From NCBI RefSeq assembly GCF_009914755.1, contig NC_060933.1: a DNA stretch of 64,000 nucleotides; one strand, 5' to 3'. Under the pieces are notes generated by a model. It made no database searches, was not told the DNA's origin, and saw only the letters and a list, made by a program, of their open reading frames with translations. This document shows positions 1 to 13,979 of this stretch, in pieces. The stretch comes from the human T2T-CHM13v2.0 reference genome, Homo sapiens. The first letter of the stretch is position 1, and each line of letters opens with the position of its first letter. A program made the position numbers and the translations under genes.

Positions 1-1097
1 AAAATGGGAACTGAAAAAATTTGGGGTTTTTGAGGGGTGAGGGAGAGACCTTATGGTAGAAAATAAAGTGTTTTTTTTGATATCTGAAATTTTATATGCT
101 CAATTTAAATGTTTTATTGCGTTTGTTTTTTCCAACCTGTGGAAACCCCTTAAATTCTTACTGAATGCATAGATCTTTTATTTGCATGAATGTCCTGTAT
201 GCCGGAAGACTAAGTGGGAGCACTGAATGCTTTGAAGTTCTGTGCCTGTGAGACTTGGGTATTTTAATACATTGTTACCCTATTGCATCAAATCACGCCT
301 AGGGATGCATTCAATAAAGACTGCCCCCTCCCCGCTTAGCTGCGCTGGGACTCCCTTCTGGAGGGCCAGAGTTTCTACTTTGTTTCTACTTTGACTCCTA
401 AAATGAGGACTGAAGGGAAAGCAGATGGCATTTTGTACCTCTGACAATGAAGCCTAAATTGTTTACGTTGGAGAGGGAGTGGGAGATAAGCTAAAGAATG
501 TGATTTGTCTTCCATTTGAAGATACCAGGGAAAAGTCTTGTCAAGTAGCAGGCCACCGGTGTCTAGTGTAGAGGAGACGATTTCTGTCGATAGAGAGCAA
601 AGCCAGCCAGGCAAACGAACCCGTAAGCCGCCTGAGGGACAGACAGGCATAAAACCTAATGAATGGGTAGGTAGACTTTGGGCAAGGCTAATTGCAGCAA
701 GCTGTGTTCAGTTCCCCGGCCTCTGTTAAGTAGTCATTTTTATACAATCTGTCGGAGGGAAGAGGAAATAGACCCACACGGTAAATGAACTTGTGGTGTT
801 TAGCTAGGAAGTGGAGTTTGCTCTAAGTAGCTCTGGTAGCAGACTCCAGGGAGCACATGGCAGGCGGACTCATCTGAGTATCTGTGCTGAGGAGTTGTGT
901 TAAACTGTTGAAACACTTAGAAATTGCTATAGAAAAAGAGTACTCCCAAAGTTGCCAGCTAATATGGTACCGAATTTCCTGAAAGACCTTTCTTTTGCCA
1001 TGTGGTTTTTCTATAAAGCTGAGTCAATTAGGCTTCTTTATCTCCCTGTCCTTGGCAATAAAACGACAAAAGCCGAGGGTTGAACAGGTAGACACTG

Positions 1098-1235
1098 TTA
1101 TCTCACTGAATCTTCACCGCTGCCCTATGAGGTGGCTATTGTTACTCTCCCCATTCTATAGATGAGGACACTGAGCCACAGATTGGTTGAGTAACTTGCT
1201 CAGGCTCACACAACTAGCAGGTGATAACAGCTGAG
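1098..1235 (-). mobile_element. MIR SINE fragment
   Basis: ccccattctatagatgaggacactgag...gtaacttgctcaggctcaca is the reverse MIR core. Confidence 0.75.
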
Positions 1236-2348
1236 GTGAAAGAACATTTTTTCTGGGAAGATACAGGGTGTTTAAAGGTACCTGTTTAGTGCACAGCAAG
1301 TTGCAGTACTTTTAAATTGGAGACTGGAATATGTAAGTAGATGTTTGAATCTCTCTCTGTCTTTCAGTGTTACAGGTGAATCAACAAAATTAGAATATCT
1401 TTCTATTTAGTGACTGAAGAAGGCGGTCCATGCATATATCAGATCTAGTTTGGAGTCACAGACTAGATTCTGGACCAGAGATGAAAGATATGCTTTGGGT
1501 ACCTCTTTTTGATTAAATGTAGTTTTTAAAATAGTGACTTGACTATACCTCAAGGAGTCTTCATAATCTTCTGCATGGGTATTTATAGGCAATAATGCTA
1601 AAGAAGACAGTGCCAGTACAAGTGAAATGATAACATGATTGCAGTGTTACGGCTTTTGTTGATGAATTATTTGAACTGGGAGGAAAAACACTTTGAGAAC
1701 TAAATTTAAAGTAATTCTTCCGATATTATCAGTAAGACCTAAAGATGGTTGCTTTTAGAGGACCTAAATGTATTAAATTCCTGATTTAGCATGCTTATAG
1801 CAAGGCTTCAAATATGTTTAATTCTACCAGCTTCTTGAGCTTCTTAAGGAGAGTCATAGAATCATAGGGAATTAAAATGAATGTTAGAAATCTGTATCTC
1901 CTCTGACTTGACTGGATCACACCTAGAGCAACCCAAATGAAAAATGTACCTTGTTTTAAAGCTCTCCAGGGAAAAATATTCTAAAACTTCCCCTGATAAC
2001 TTACTCCAATGCATAGTAACCCTGAGACTTAATATTTACAAATTGGTTTCTTATATATGGATGAAAGGAACTCTAAATGTATCGTATTATAAAAGGTATG
2101 CATTACATAAAGGACCTTTTATACAGGAAAAAAAGTATTTAGATGAAAAAACTTCTTAATTATGGAGGTACATCTACAATACCTAAAATTAAAAATAAAA
2201 TGAAGTGCATTTTCCTCCTAAGATTTTCTCATCAACCCCGAGAACCACTGCTGGAAATTACCTGAAGAAGAAATCTTACCTTGCTCTGTATCTTTAGGAA
2301 ATGTTTTACCTAATTTTAGAAGGAGGGGAAAAGAACGATAACATCACA

Positions 2349-2349
<1 letters not shown>

Positions 2350-2381
<32 letters not shown>
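2350..2381. repeat. (CA)n microsatellite
   Basis: About 16 CA units read directly. Confidence 0.95.
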
Positions 2382-2383
<2 letters not shown>

Positions 2384-3180
2384 CACAAACACAGGCACAC
2401 ACTGTAGTTTCCTAAGCAGTTTGTTCTAATTCTTCACATCCCCCTGTCAAAATGTTTGCTTATAGCTTTCTTTGTATTGTCATTTAAGCCCATTTCTAAT
2501 TGGTGATTGTTGGAAATTGAATAAATGTGTTCAGTTTTTCATAATGTATGTCGTTGTATGGTTAATTATTAAATCGCTCTGAAGTATGTAGACTATTATT
2601 TTTGTTACCATTTAATAGCTATTTTTTCTTAGAAAGGATTTAGAAAAAATTGGAAAAATGCTCTGGACTTTAACATCTGCTTACTGAGATTCTTTTAAAA
2701 AAATTTAACTCATCTGGTAGCATCACTAAAATTATAATTTTAAGGCAACTGAAAATTCATCTAGGAGAAGAAATGGAACACTTAAAAATTTAAGTCTGTA
2801 CCTAGTAATTAACTTAAACTCCTGAAGTTCAATGCGGAAAATTATTTTAAATTAACTTAATCAATGCACTTTGACAAGCTTTCAGATTACATATTGTTTT
2901 ATTCTGGTAACATGGGATAATGCTCCCTTGAATCCTAATATTTGCCAATTTTTATTAGGTGGAATGAGCAGATTTTTTTTGGCTAACAATGAATGTTTTA
3001 AGAAGTGTTTTCTAATATGTAGTAAGAAAAAATTTAAGTTCCCAGACTTCACTGATTAAACCTGAAATATGCTTTATAGGCCTTAAAAGAAAAAGTGTGT
3101 GCTCCTTGTAGTTCACATCAGAAGACTGATAAACTCGTTGCTCTGTTTGTAAAGCATGGGTTCTGACAGCAGGGCTCTTC

Positions 3181-3248
3181 CAGATTGCGATAGAGGTCTG
3201 TCCTAAAAGGGCTTCAGATTGGGATAGAGGTCTGTCCTAAAAGGGCTT
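3181..3248. repeat. 34-bp tandem duplication (2 copies, 1 mismatch)
   Basis: cagattg(c/g)gatagaggtctgtcctaaaagggctt at 3181-3214 and 3215-3248. Confidence 0.95.
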
Positions 3249-3426
3249 GAGGTGCAATTTGCAAGATGTGATTTTAGGACCATACCCAAATTGCATCTGA
3301 CTGTTGGGTGACTCCCTTTCTTTTCTGAACTCTCAATGCACCTGTAATTAAAAAAAGAAAAAGAAAGAAACCCATTGCAGAGCTACATTAAAAGCTGGCA
3401 GTAGTTTCCTTAATCAATTGTATTAA

Positions 3427-4340
<914 letters not shown>

Positions 4341-4527
4341 GTTAACTGTACGTTTCTACTAAAGCATCCTTCGGTAGCTTGGTATAATCTTTGTTTTAAT
4401 TCACGTGTGTCTATGCAGTGATCCAGCCTTATGGGTATACCCTGTGCGAGTGTCTTTATACAAGGTCTATACTTAAATCATTAGTCCAGAAGCTTAATTT
4501 TTACCTGATTCAGCCATTTAGCAGAAT

Positions 4528-4736
4528 CAGGGGTTTTGGTAAACTCTTCCTGTAAAGAGCCAGATAGTCAATGTTTTATGCACTCTGGGGCCATACCGTC
4601 TCTGTCACAACTCACCTCTACCCTTGCAGTGTGAAAACAGCTGCAGACAATAATGGGCTGGCTGCCTTTCGGTAAACTTTACAAAAACAGGCTGGAGGCA
4701 GAATTTGGCCTGCAGGCTGTGTTTACGAGACCCCTG
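4528..4736 (+). mobile_element. MER58A-like hAT/Charlie non-autonomous DNA transposon
   Basis: CAGGGGT...ACCCCTG termini; internal aaact..ctgtaaagagccagatagt and acaaaaacaggc motifs. Confidence 0.75.
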
Positions 4737-7700
4737 ATGTAAATGGTTAATGTCAACCCAAAAGGGAGTCCGGCAAGTATTAAGTCAAGATAAAATGAAG
4801 CTAAGGTTGTGGATTCTGGAGTCTGCCAGAAAGCATACTGTGTCATCAGTAACTTCTTACCGTGGCGAAGTTATGTCTCTTTTCTGTGACTCAGTTTCCT
4901 CCTAGGCTAAAAGAAGATACCTCTCATAGTGTTGGGAAGATAAAATGATACTGAAACATTCAATAAATAATACCTATTATTATTTCCCAAAGACTTTAAT
5001 TTTAAGGAAAATTAGAGTTTAAAAATTATAGAGAATGTTGGTAAACAGTGTCTGGGCTTCCTTTTAAAAGGTTACCTTAATCTTTATTGAAAAGCACATC
5101 ACTCATTTCTTATCAGACTAAAATACTAAGTTACCAGCCTAGAGAGGTAATCTGAAAGAAATCAGAATAACTTGCCATTAGATGTGTTTATTTTTTTGGA
5201 TGAAGAATATAACTTTATTCTCATCACTATTAATAATCATCTGTTAAGAGATTTTATATTGCTATTTCCACCATTTCATGTATTCCCAGAGAGCTAGATA
5301 CTCATTGTCAATTGATATTTCAGTGCTGATAGGCAGATTCTGCTGGGTGAATAATTGCTGTGTGTTATAAAGTCAAATACTAGCATATTCCTCTATTCAT
5401 GTGCAATAGACTAATGTGCAGTACATTCTGTATGTTACTGTTGAGTTTTTAAAAAGCTAAAAGTATTGGAAAAAGTCAGTAATAGAATAGAGAAATACAA
5501 TGTGGATGCTCTAAAATTCTGACTTCCTAAGAGCTGATATTTTTTTTCCTACCCTAGGAAAGGAAAAAGCTCTGTACAAGCTCCCTAGTTAAAACATTTT
5601 TTTTTTCCATTTGAATTACCAGTACCTTTGTTAAACTATGTGAACTACCCTTAGAAGAGAGATGCTTTCTATAGCTAGAAATTTTTACATATGTCTAGAC
5701 TTCTTTCCCTTATTCAGCCTGGTATGTGTGTGTGCACAAGTGTGTTTTAACTTTTTATTTTGCTAACTCCTAAATGTTCTTAATCATTTTTTCTGGAATT
5801 TTCATTGCAGGACTTTCTTGTAATAAGTTTATTTTAGGAACTTTTTTGGAGATTACCTTAGTGGATGGTCTTCCAAAGTGCACAGTATTAAGTAGTACTA
5901 TTTGGCCTATTCCAATGTGTAAAAAGCTTTTGTTCTGCCCTCCTATGTCAATAAAAAATGCTGTCAGTATCTTTTAAATTACATGCATTACAAAATGTGG
6001 AGAATGGCAATTTTTCATAGTATTATTATTGCTTTATAAATGCCTACTCTTTTGTAAAGCCATGTGGCTTTTGAAACGACTGATCTGGACAACCCTGAAT
6101 CCAGAAAGGTCATGGGTCCTTTGGTCTGAATTTTCTCATGGCCACCTGGAGAAGAAGCACAGTTTGGTGGTGACAGCATTATGGGGCATGTTTTGTATTC
6201 TTTGGTTACAGAGCAATAGCTCTCTTCTGACTATTTGAAGGTAAGTTGTTCAACTGCAGAGATTAAATTTATCCCTTAAAAGGGTTAAATGAAGTCCCTT
6301 AGGCACTTGCAAAAGACAACAAATGAACCATTTTTTTTCTTCTTTTGACCCTTTGTGACAGAATGGCTTACCAGCCTTTAGCATTGATAACTGTTAGGAT
6401 CCAGTTCATCTTTATCATCCGATCAAAGATTAGAGAGGGGTCTAAAAAACCTCTTTTACAATTTGATAAACTTAGTTTCAGCAAAAATCATCTGTCAGAA
6501 ATTCTTGAACAGATGTTAATTTCTTTGGGTCTTGTAATATCATTTACCTTGTCTATGAAATTTGACAGGAAGTTTTCAGCATCTTAAATTTTTTTAACGT
6601 TTAAGTCAGTTGGCTGCTTTTCCTTGTTCATCATAAAATCAGAACGTTGACAAATTGACCTTCTTTTTCATTCATAGCATAAATAAATGTCTGCCTATGA
6701 GCACTTTGCTGCAGCTCTGTACAAGCTCTCTAGTTCAAACATTTTTCCCACTTAAATTGGATCCTTTCTTTTTGACCATCTTTCTCTTATAATGGAACTT
6801 TATTACTTCCATAGTAAGTGTCAGAGAGATGTTTCCCTGTACTGCTTTTTTTTTTTCTTTTTTTTCTTTTTGGCACACTTTTGATGCCTTCTCATTGTGC
6901 CTAACTTCGCTTTCTTCTATTTAGAGTTAGATGTCTGATCAAAAGTACCTCAGGAATCATCACATTGGCATGTAAACTAATTCCACACATGTTTGCCTGG
7001 AAGATGTATTTCACACTTGAAGGGGTTTATTTGGGAAGAACATGTCTGAATTATATCAGCCCTCTTCGGAATAAAGTCAGACTTTAGTATGAAAAGAGCG
7101 GTATATCCTCTTTGTGTCAGGAAGCAGGCATAGGCTGCTTACCTGTGATTTTTTTTTTTTTTTGACCTGCCCTTGTCGCCATTGCAATCCTGAAAATTCC
7201 TTCTCAAAAATTACCAGTAGCTGCTTTACCAGCAGAGTTACAAAAAGTCACACACGCTCTCTTTTTAAAGTGTCACTCAGCTCCTTGAAGGAACAAAATG
7301 TACCAGTGTCATTTTCTGTTCAGATAACTCTCCTACAGGAATCATAAACTTCTCCTCTGGACCTGAACAAGTATCTGTTGCATTTAATGCAACTCTTTTT
7401 CTTGCCAGAACAGTAACCCCTCGTGATTTACTGTTCAATCTGTATGAAAAACCTGTGTGACCTAATTCTGCATCAATTTTCTGTACTCGTGAGGACGCTA
7501 AATGAGTCCCCTGCAGTTATGCAGTATTACATCTTGTTGTTGTTTGGGGAAGTTTAGAATCCTGAATCTCTTTATCGGACTACCTGCTGAATCTCACTGA
7601 TGGGGAGATGAAATTGTCTGGAGAGGAACATTATTTAAAATGAAGATTTCTATTAACAACAACAACATCAACAAAGATATAATCTTCTGTGTTAAAGAAG

Positions 7701-8714
7701 CCCCTCCTGTACCTTTGCTTCTTCCCCACCATGTGCTGAATCAAATGCATATAATTTTACTATGGAGTCTACCTTTCCTCTTCTCCTAGAGTTTGCGCTT
7801 TGTACTTCTTGCCTCCCTTCCAGAAAAGGGATTCTTTTGTGCCAGGGAATCAGATTCACTGACAAATAACTGGGCTCCTTGGAGAAGGAGTCATTTCAGG
7901 GAGAGGTGCACCCCCCTCGCTCCCACTCTCTCTCTCCAGTGCCTAAGTCACACAGTGCCCCATCTCCCCGGGGTTCCCACCCCCCATCTCCTCATTTCCG
8001 CTCCACTTCCCTGCTTCCCACCTCCCAGTTCAATGTGATGTAATCTCTACCCTATCACCCCAGTTATCTGACGATTACTTATTTAGTCCTAGTTCCATGG
8101 TTGTTTGGAAGATTAAGTAGGAATTCCTCTAATTTGGCATCTGACCCACTTTGTCAAAGAGAGTAAATCAGAATACCAAGGGATAGTTTGAGTTCTAGGA
8201 TATTCAAATAAGAAAGATCTGCAAGGAATCTAGAACCAAGGATGCGGAATAACCAAATCATTGGCCATGGGCTCACGCCACTATAATACTTAATTTTCCT
8301 TTGGTATGGCCTTAACCTGTGAAAGTAAAGTTGTCTCAGTTTTATTTTTTCCCTTTAAATTATATATTTCAAAAAAAATCAATAGTGGATTTTTTTCTTT
8401 ACATCTTAATTGTTAAGATGCATCATCTGTTGCTGTATCCAGAGATCTGGGGCTACATAGATGTTGTAGAAAATGAGTAAATGAAGTAGATGTCTGTTTC
8501 ATATAGTGAAAATTAAAAACCACGGTAATAATCTCACGAGTATCACTAGTACAAGGAATGTGGAAGAAAGTTGGGAGAATTTGAACAATTTTGCCAAAAG
8601 AGTAAAATGATGAGTTTATTATTGTTGCATGAAATACAAAACTTTCAGTCTTTTGAATGATTAAACCACTTAAAAATGCTATTGTTTGTGTTGGTATGCA
8701 TAGTTAATAGCACG

Positions 8715-9072
<358 letters not shown>

Positions 9073-9486
9073 TTAATAAATTAGAACGAATAACGTGCGT
9101 ATAGCAAATAAAACAAGAATCAGTCTTAGATACTATTTTTAGTGAAGTCCCTGAAAAATAGTTTTCCTTACCACCATTTTTAAATTTTTAAAAATGATGA
9201 CATTTTATTTCCCTTCCAAACTAAGCAACTGTAGGTTTTTTAAAAAATCACTCATTTTGATATTTGGGCTATATGAAGTATTAGATCTTCTACAGCATTT
9301 AGGTCCAGGAGGTTTCACTTTTTCACGTTAATGAAAATGATGGCTGTCGTCATCAGCATCTTGGCAAGGAAGACAAATGGTCTGGTTGCCTTAGGACAGA
9401 ACCAGAAGTTAGAAAGAAAAAAGTCTGTCCTCCCAGCTCTGTACTCTGGCAACATCATCATGTTTGGAAAAAACTGTAATATTCAT

Positions 9487-9852
9487 TTTTTAAGACAATT
9501 TCGACTTTTATTTTAGATTGAGGGGATTCATGAATAGGTTTCTTAACATGGGTATGTTGCATGATGCTGAGGTTTGGGGTGCAGTTGATCCCATCATTCA
9601 GCTAATGAGCATAGTACCTAAAAGTTTTTCATCCCTTCCTGCGCTCCCTCCCTCCCCCGTCTAGTAGTCCCCAGTGTGTATTGTTGCCATCTTTATGTCC
9701 ATGAATACCCAGTGTTTAGCTGCCACTTAAAAGTGAGAACATGCGGTATTTGGTTTTCTGTTCCGGCATTAATTTGCTTAGGATAATGGCCTCCAGCTGC
9801 ATCCATGTTGCTGCAAAGGACATGATTTGGTTCTTTTTTATGGCTGTGCATA
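9487..9852 (-). mobile_element. L1 3' end fragment (old L1PA-like)
   Basis: Reverse L1 3'UTR motifs: gtgagaacatgcggtatttggttttctg, gataatggcctccagctgcatccatgttgctgcaaagg. Confidence 0.85.
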
Positions 9853-9944
9853 ATTTTTAACAGAATTCTTAATTTTCAGCTTTTATAGTTGAGGTCCAGG
9901 AAGGTTCTCGGAAAGTGTATCTTAATTATCTATCATTTTATTGC

Positions 9945-10145
9945 AGTGGTTTTGGTATCAGGCAAATTGAGGTTCCAATCTTGGCCCCCTTCTTTACTAG
10001 CTCTGTGGTATCTCCAGGTGTCTTCAGTTTTCCTCATCAGCAAAATGGGACCATTATAACTTTTACCTTACAGAGGCGTGTCTGTGTGTGTAAGAGAGAG
10101 ACAATTAAATAACATTGTACATTAAAGGCACTTAGTGCTGTTAAT
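9945..10145 (+). mobile_element. MIR fragment
   Basis: cttcagttttcctcatcagcaaaatggg core. Confidence 0.65.
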
Positions 10146-11072
10146 ATTAGCCTACTTTAACTTATTACTTATTATTATTCTTTCTTTGTTGAAATCTAGT
10201 TCAGTACAGTTTGCCTCAGATTTAGGGGATGTAGTTCTAAAAATAGTCTTAAATGGCATATAATTATTTTGTCAGAATAGGATTCAGGTGAACTCTAAAA
10301 CCAGCAGTTTATATATCTAACAGTAATAGTATCCCAAGTGAATGGCTAAAGTCAGAGGTCTTTTATTTTCTACTCTGCCTTTATTATGAAGAAGTACATG
10401 CAGTTATATTTTTGATGGTGTGTAAAACGAGAATCCTCAACATCCTTTTCTAGAAACTCTTGGTTTTTGAGTACTATTTACTGCTGGCCCTGATTTTTTT
10501 AAAACAGCCTCATTTGTATTTTCTTTTCTCAAGCAAGCTCTGCTCACAGAGGAAGTGGTTGTGGCTGGCAGAGCGCTTTCTGAATGTTTAGGGTTGGCTG
10601 ATTTCTGTGGCATCAGCACCTAAAACTGTTCTTGCTCACTGCGCTTTAATGGCTGTCGTCATCAGCATCTTGGCAAAGAAGACAAATGGTCTGGTTGCCT
10701 TAGGACAGAACTAGAAGTTCGGAAGAAAAAAGTCTGTGCTCTCAGCTCTGCATTCTGTCTGGCTGGGAGTTAGAAAGCTTGTCAATTGGTTCTGTCTCTT
10801 ATATTCTCTCTCTGCTAAGAGTGAGCAAGGACATTTGACTTCCCCACTAGATGCAGGGTGAACCTTCTTTCCCTAGTGTTAGATAGAGGTTATGGAGGAA
10901 GCCACATTGTTAAGTAACATATACCTGTCTGCATTAATGCAAAGGTAGCTTTTCTCTGCTTAACATCAAAAATTCTAGTTGGGTGTTAGAGATCAACTAT
11001 CAGTATCTGGAATATGTTTTGCCCCGGACTTAAACCTAATGTCATTGTTTATCATTTAAGATTAAATTGTAA

Positions 11073-11264
<192 letters not shown>

Positions 11265-13191
11265 TGAATCTGAGATGTAGGAAATAAATGTAATTGTTCC
11301 TAAAGTGTTATCTGTGTTGCCTTTAGTCTATTCAATATTGTTACAAAGATATAAAGATATAAATATAGTAAAATAGTGAATCTTTTAGACCAACAGCTTA
11401 CAACTAAAAATGATGAAGATGAACTGCTTATTATTCTGGTTTTCTCTTCTGTATATGGGAAAGAGTTTTTCCTCCTGTACTATGGGTTACAAAGTCAGAG
11501 TTATGGCGTTTTGTTACCATGGATGAAAAACCTTGGGAACAAGTGGGGTAGCTCATGTTTGCTTTTATGACTCCAAGGAAAAACCAGAAGGTAGTGGATT
11601 GGAGCTTCTTTGTAAGCACAGATGTAAAGTGCTTGCCACGACTGTGAAAATAATTTTAACAAATATGGTAGCCACGCTACTGAATTAGTGGTTCATCATT
11701 TATAGAAATACATAAAGCAATGTCTTATAGCTTATTTATTCACCGATGTCTAAGTTTGGAGTGTTTGATCACATCAGGCTCATGTATTGACTAATCAGTA
11801 AATTATCTGCTCTTGTAGTTTACAGCAGTTATTAAAAGCCAGTATAATGACCTATTTTCTGATTTCTAAATTAGTAAGAGACAAGTGGAATGAGTTAGAG
11901 CTAATTTTCACTTTGGCGAGTTTTGCCTTGTGGACTGAAAAGGTTCAAGTTTGCTAGTCCGCAGATTGCCTCACTAACCCAAAGGGGATAAGGAACGTTT
12001 CATTGTTAGTCAGATGGGTTTGTTTTGTTAAAGTCTGGAACATGCGAAATGAATAATTAATGAGTCAAAGTAGTTTGGAAGTATTGACTTGGTTTGTTGG
12101 AGGATGTGACTAAAATCACAGGCCACTCCAGTTGCTATTGTGGTAGGAATTTGGGTGTATATTTGCCTTACCGGCTATAATCTCACAGATGGACATTAGT
12201 GGTGGGTAGGTGCTACTTGGCTCTTGGTTTGTGAGAGTAGATTTCAGCTTAAATTTTAAAAAGAAAAGGGAAAATTCTCTGAGTTCTGTTTACTTCTTTC
12301 TTATTGGTGACCTCATAAGATGAATTAATAAAGTGCTGGATAAAATCTTACTAAATGAATATTAACCAAGTATATTTTCCGGAATATGTTTATGTTCAAA
12401 TTAGCGTTGCCATGACGGACTCTTATTGATTTCTGATTTTTGTTTGATATTATTTTAAAAATCTGTTATTTATGAAGCTTCCTAATTAAATTAACTGTAA
12501 CTAATGATATTTCAGATGCAGTGGAATGATTATTTAATGTGTATTCTCCAGTCCCTACCCCCTACCACCACATAACATGCAATACAGATAAAAGTATTAC
12601 ATTTGTGATCTGAAATAAGTTCATGATATAATATAAAATGTAGATCTCTTGGAAAGAAGATCATTATTGGAGTGGGAAGAAGCCAAAACTCATATTTCCC
12701 ATCCTTTGTATGAGACTATGAATTAACGTTGTTTGAGTACCTGCTGCTACCACACGTGAAAGTAATTCTTTTATTCTTTTTTTGGAGCATCATTAAAATT
12801 AATCTTTAAACACAAAGAGAATGTTAACATGACACTTAAAACAAAGCGGAAAATTTAAAAAGCTTATTTAGCTAATTGGTATCATTAGAATAATTAGAGA
12901 AAATGAAGTTATTTAAAAGGCAAGACAACATCTTTTCTTTCTTTTACTGTTACAGTACTATAATTGCTTTTGATTTGAATTATTTGGGGAGAAAAATCTT
13001 GTACCGTTCTTGAAAATATTGCATACATTTGGCATGATTTTAGTTCCTTCATTTAATACAAACCAAAGGTGATTGAGAAGCTTGTGGAGATTCCCCGCCC
13101 CACTCTATTCCATTAAATGCAACCGCGAGAAGGCCAGAGTTCAGGAACCTAGCTTCTGTTAGGGAAGGCTGTCTAACTGCTCTCTTCTTGA

Positions 13192-13446
<255 letters not shown>

Positions 13447-13613
13447 TGAAAAATGGACCCTTGTGGGTGGTGGGGACATCACAGAACAGAACGGTTCCTT
13501 GACATGTACATAATCCAACCACATCATTTTATAGACAAAGACGCTTAAGCCAGGACGTATAAATGACTGCCCAAGGTCATACAATTGCTTAGCAGCACAA
13601 TGAGGTTTAGTAT

Positions 13614-13979
13614 TGTCTTAGTTTGTCTGGGCTGCTATAAAAAAATAGCACAAACTGGGTGGTTGATGAGCAACAGAAGTTTATTTTTCACCGTTCTGGA
13701 GGCTGGAAGCCTGAGATCAGGGTACTAGCATGGCTGGGCTCTGGTGAGGGTCTTCTTCTGGGTTGCAAACTGTTAACTTCTCCTTGTTTTCTTACGTGGT
13801 GGAAGCAGGCCAAGAAAGCTCTCCGGGCTTCCTTTATAAGGGCACTAATCCCATTCGTAAGGGCTCTACCCTCATGACCTTATCACCTCCCGAAGACCCC
13901 ACCTCCTAATACCATTACATTGGGAGTTAGCATTTCAATATATAAATTTTGGGAGGACACAAACATTCAGTCCATAACA
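13614..13979 (-). mobile_element. MLT1A-like MaLR solo LTR
   Basis: TGTCTTAG...gctgctataa...ttctggaggctggaag...gacacaaacattcagtccataACA; about 365 bp with TG...CA termini. Confidence 0.85.

Noticed and set aside
9335-9450. Intronic C/D snoRNA hypothesis for the 109-bp duplicated segment (ATGATGG near its start)
   Set aside because: The C box is imperfect, there is no terminal CTGA D box or terminal stem, and the second copy lacks the motif.
11915-11970. Possible hairpin (ggcga/ttgcc and tgtggact/agtccgca) as an H/ACA or miRNA precursor
   Set aside because: Short stems with G-U pairs and large internal loops; no clear H box or ACA tail; compatible with chance.
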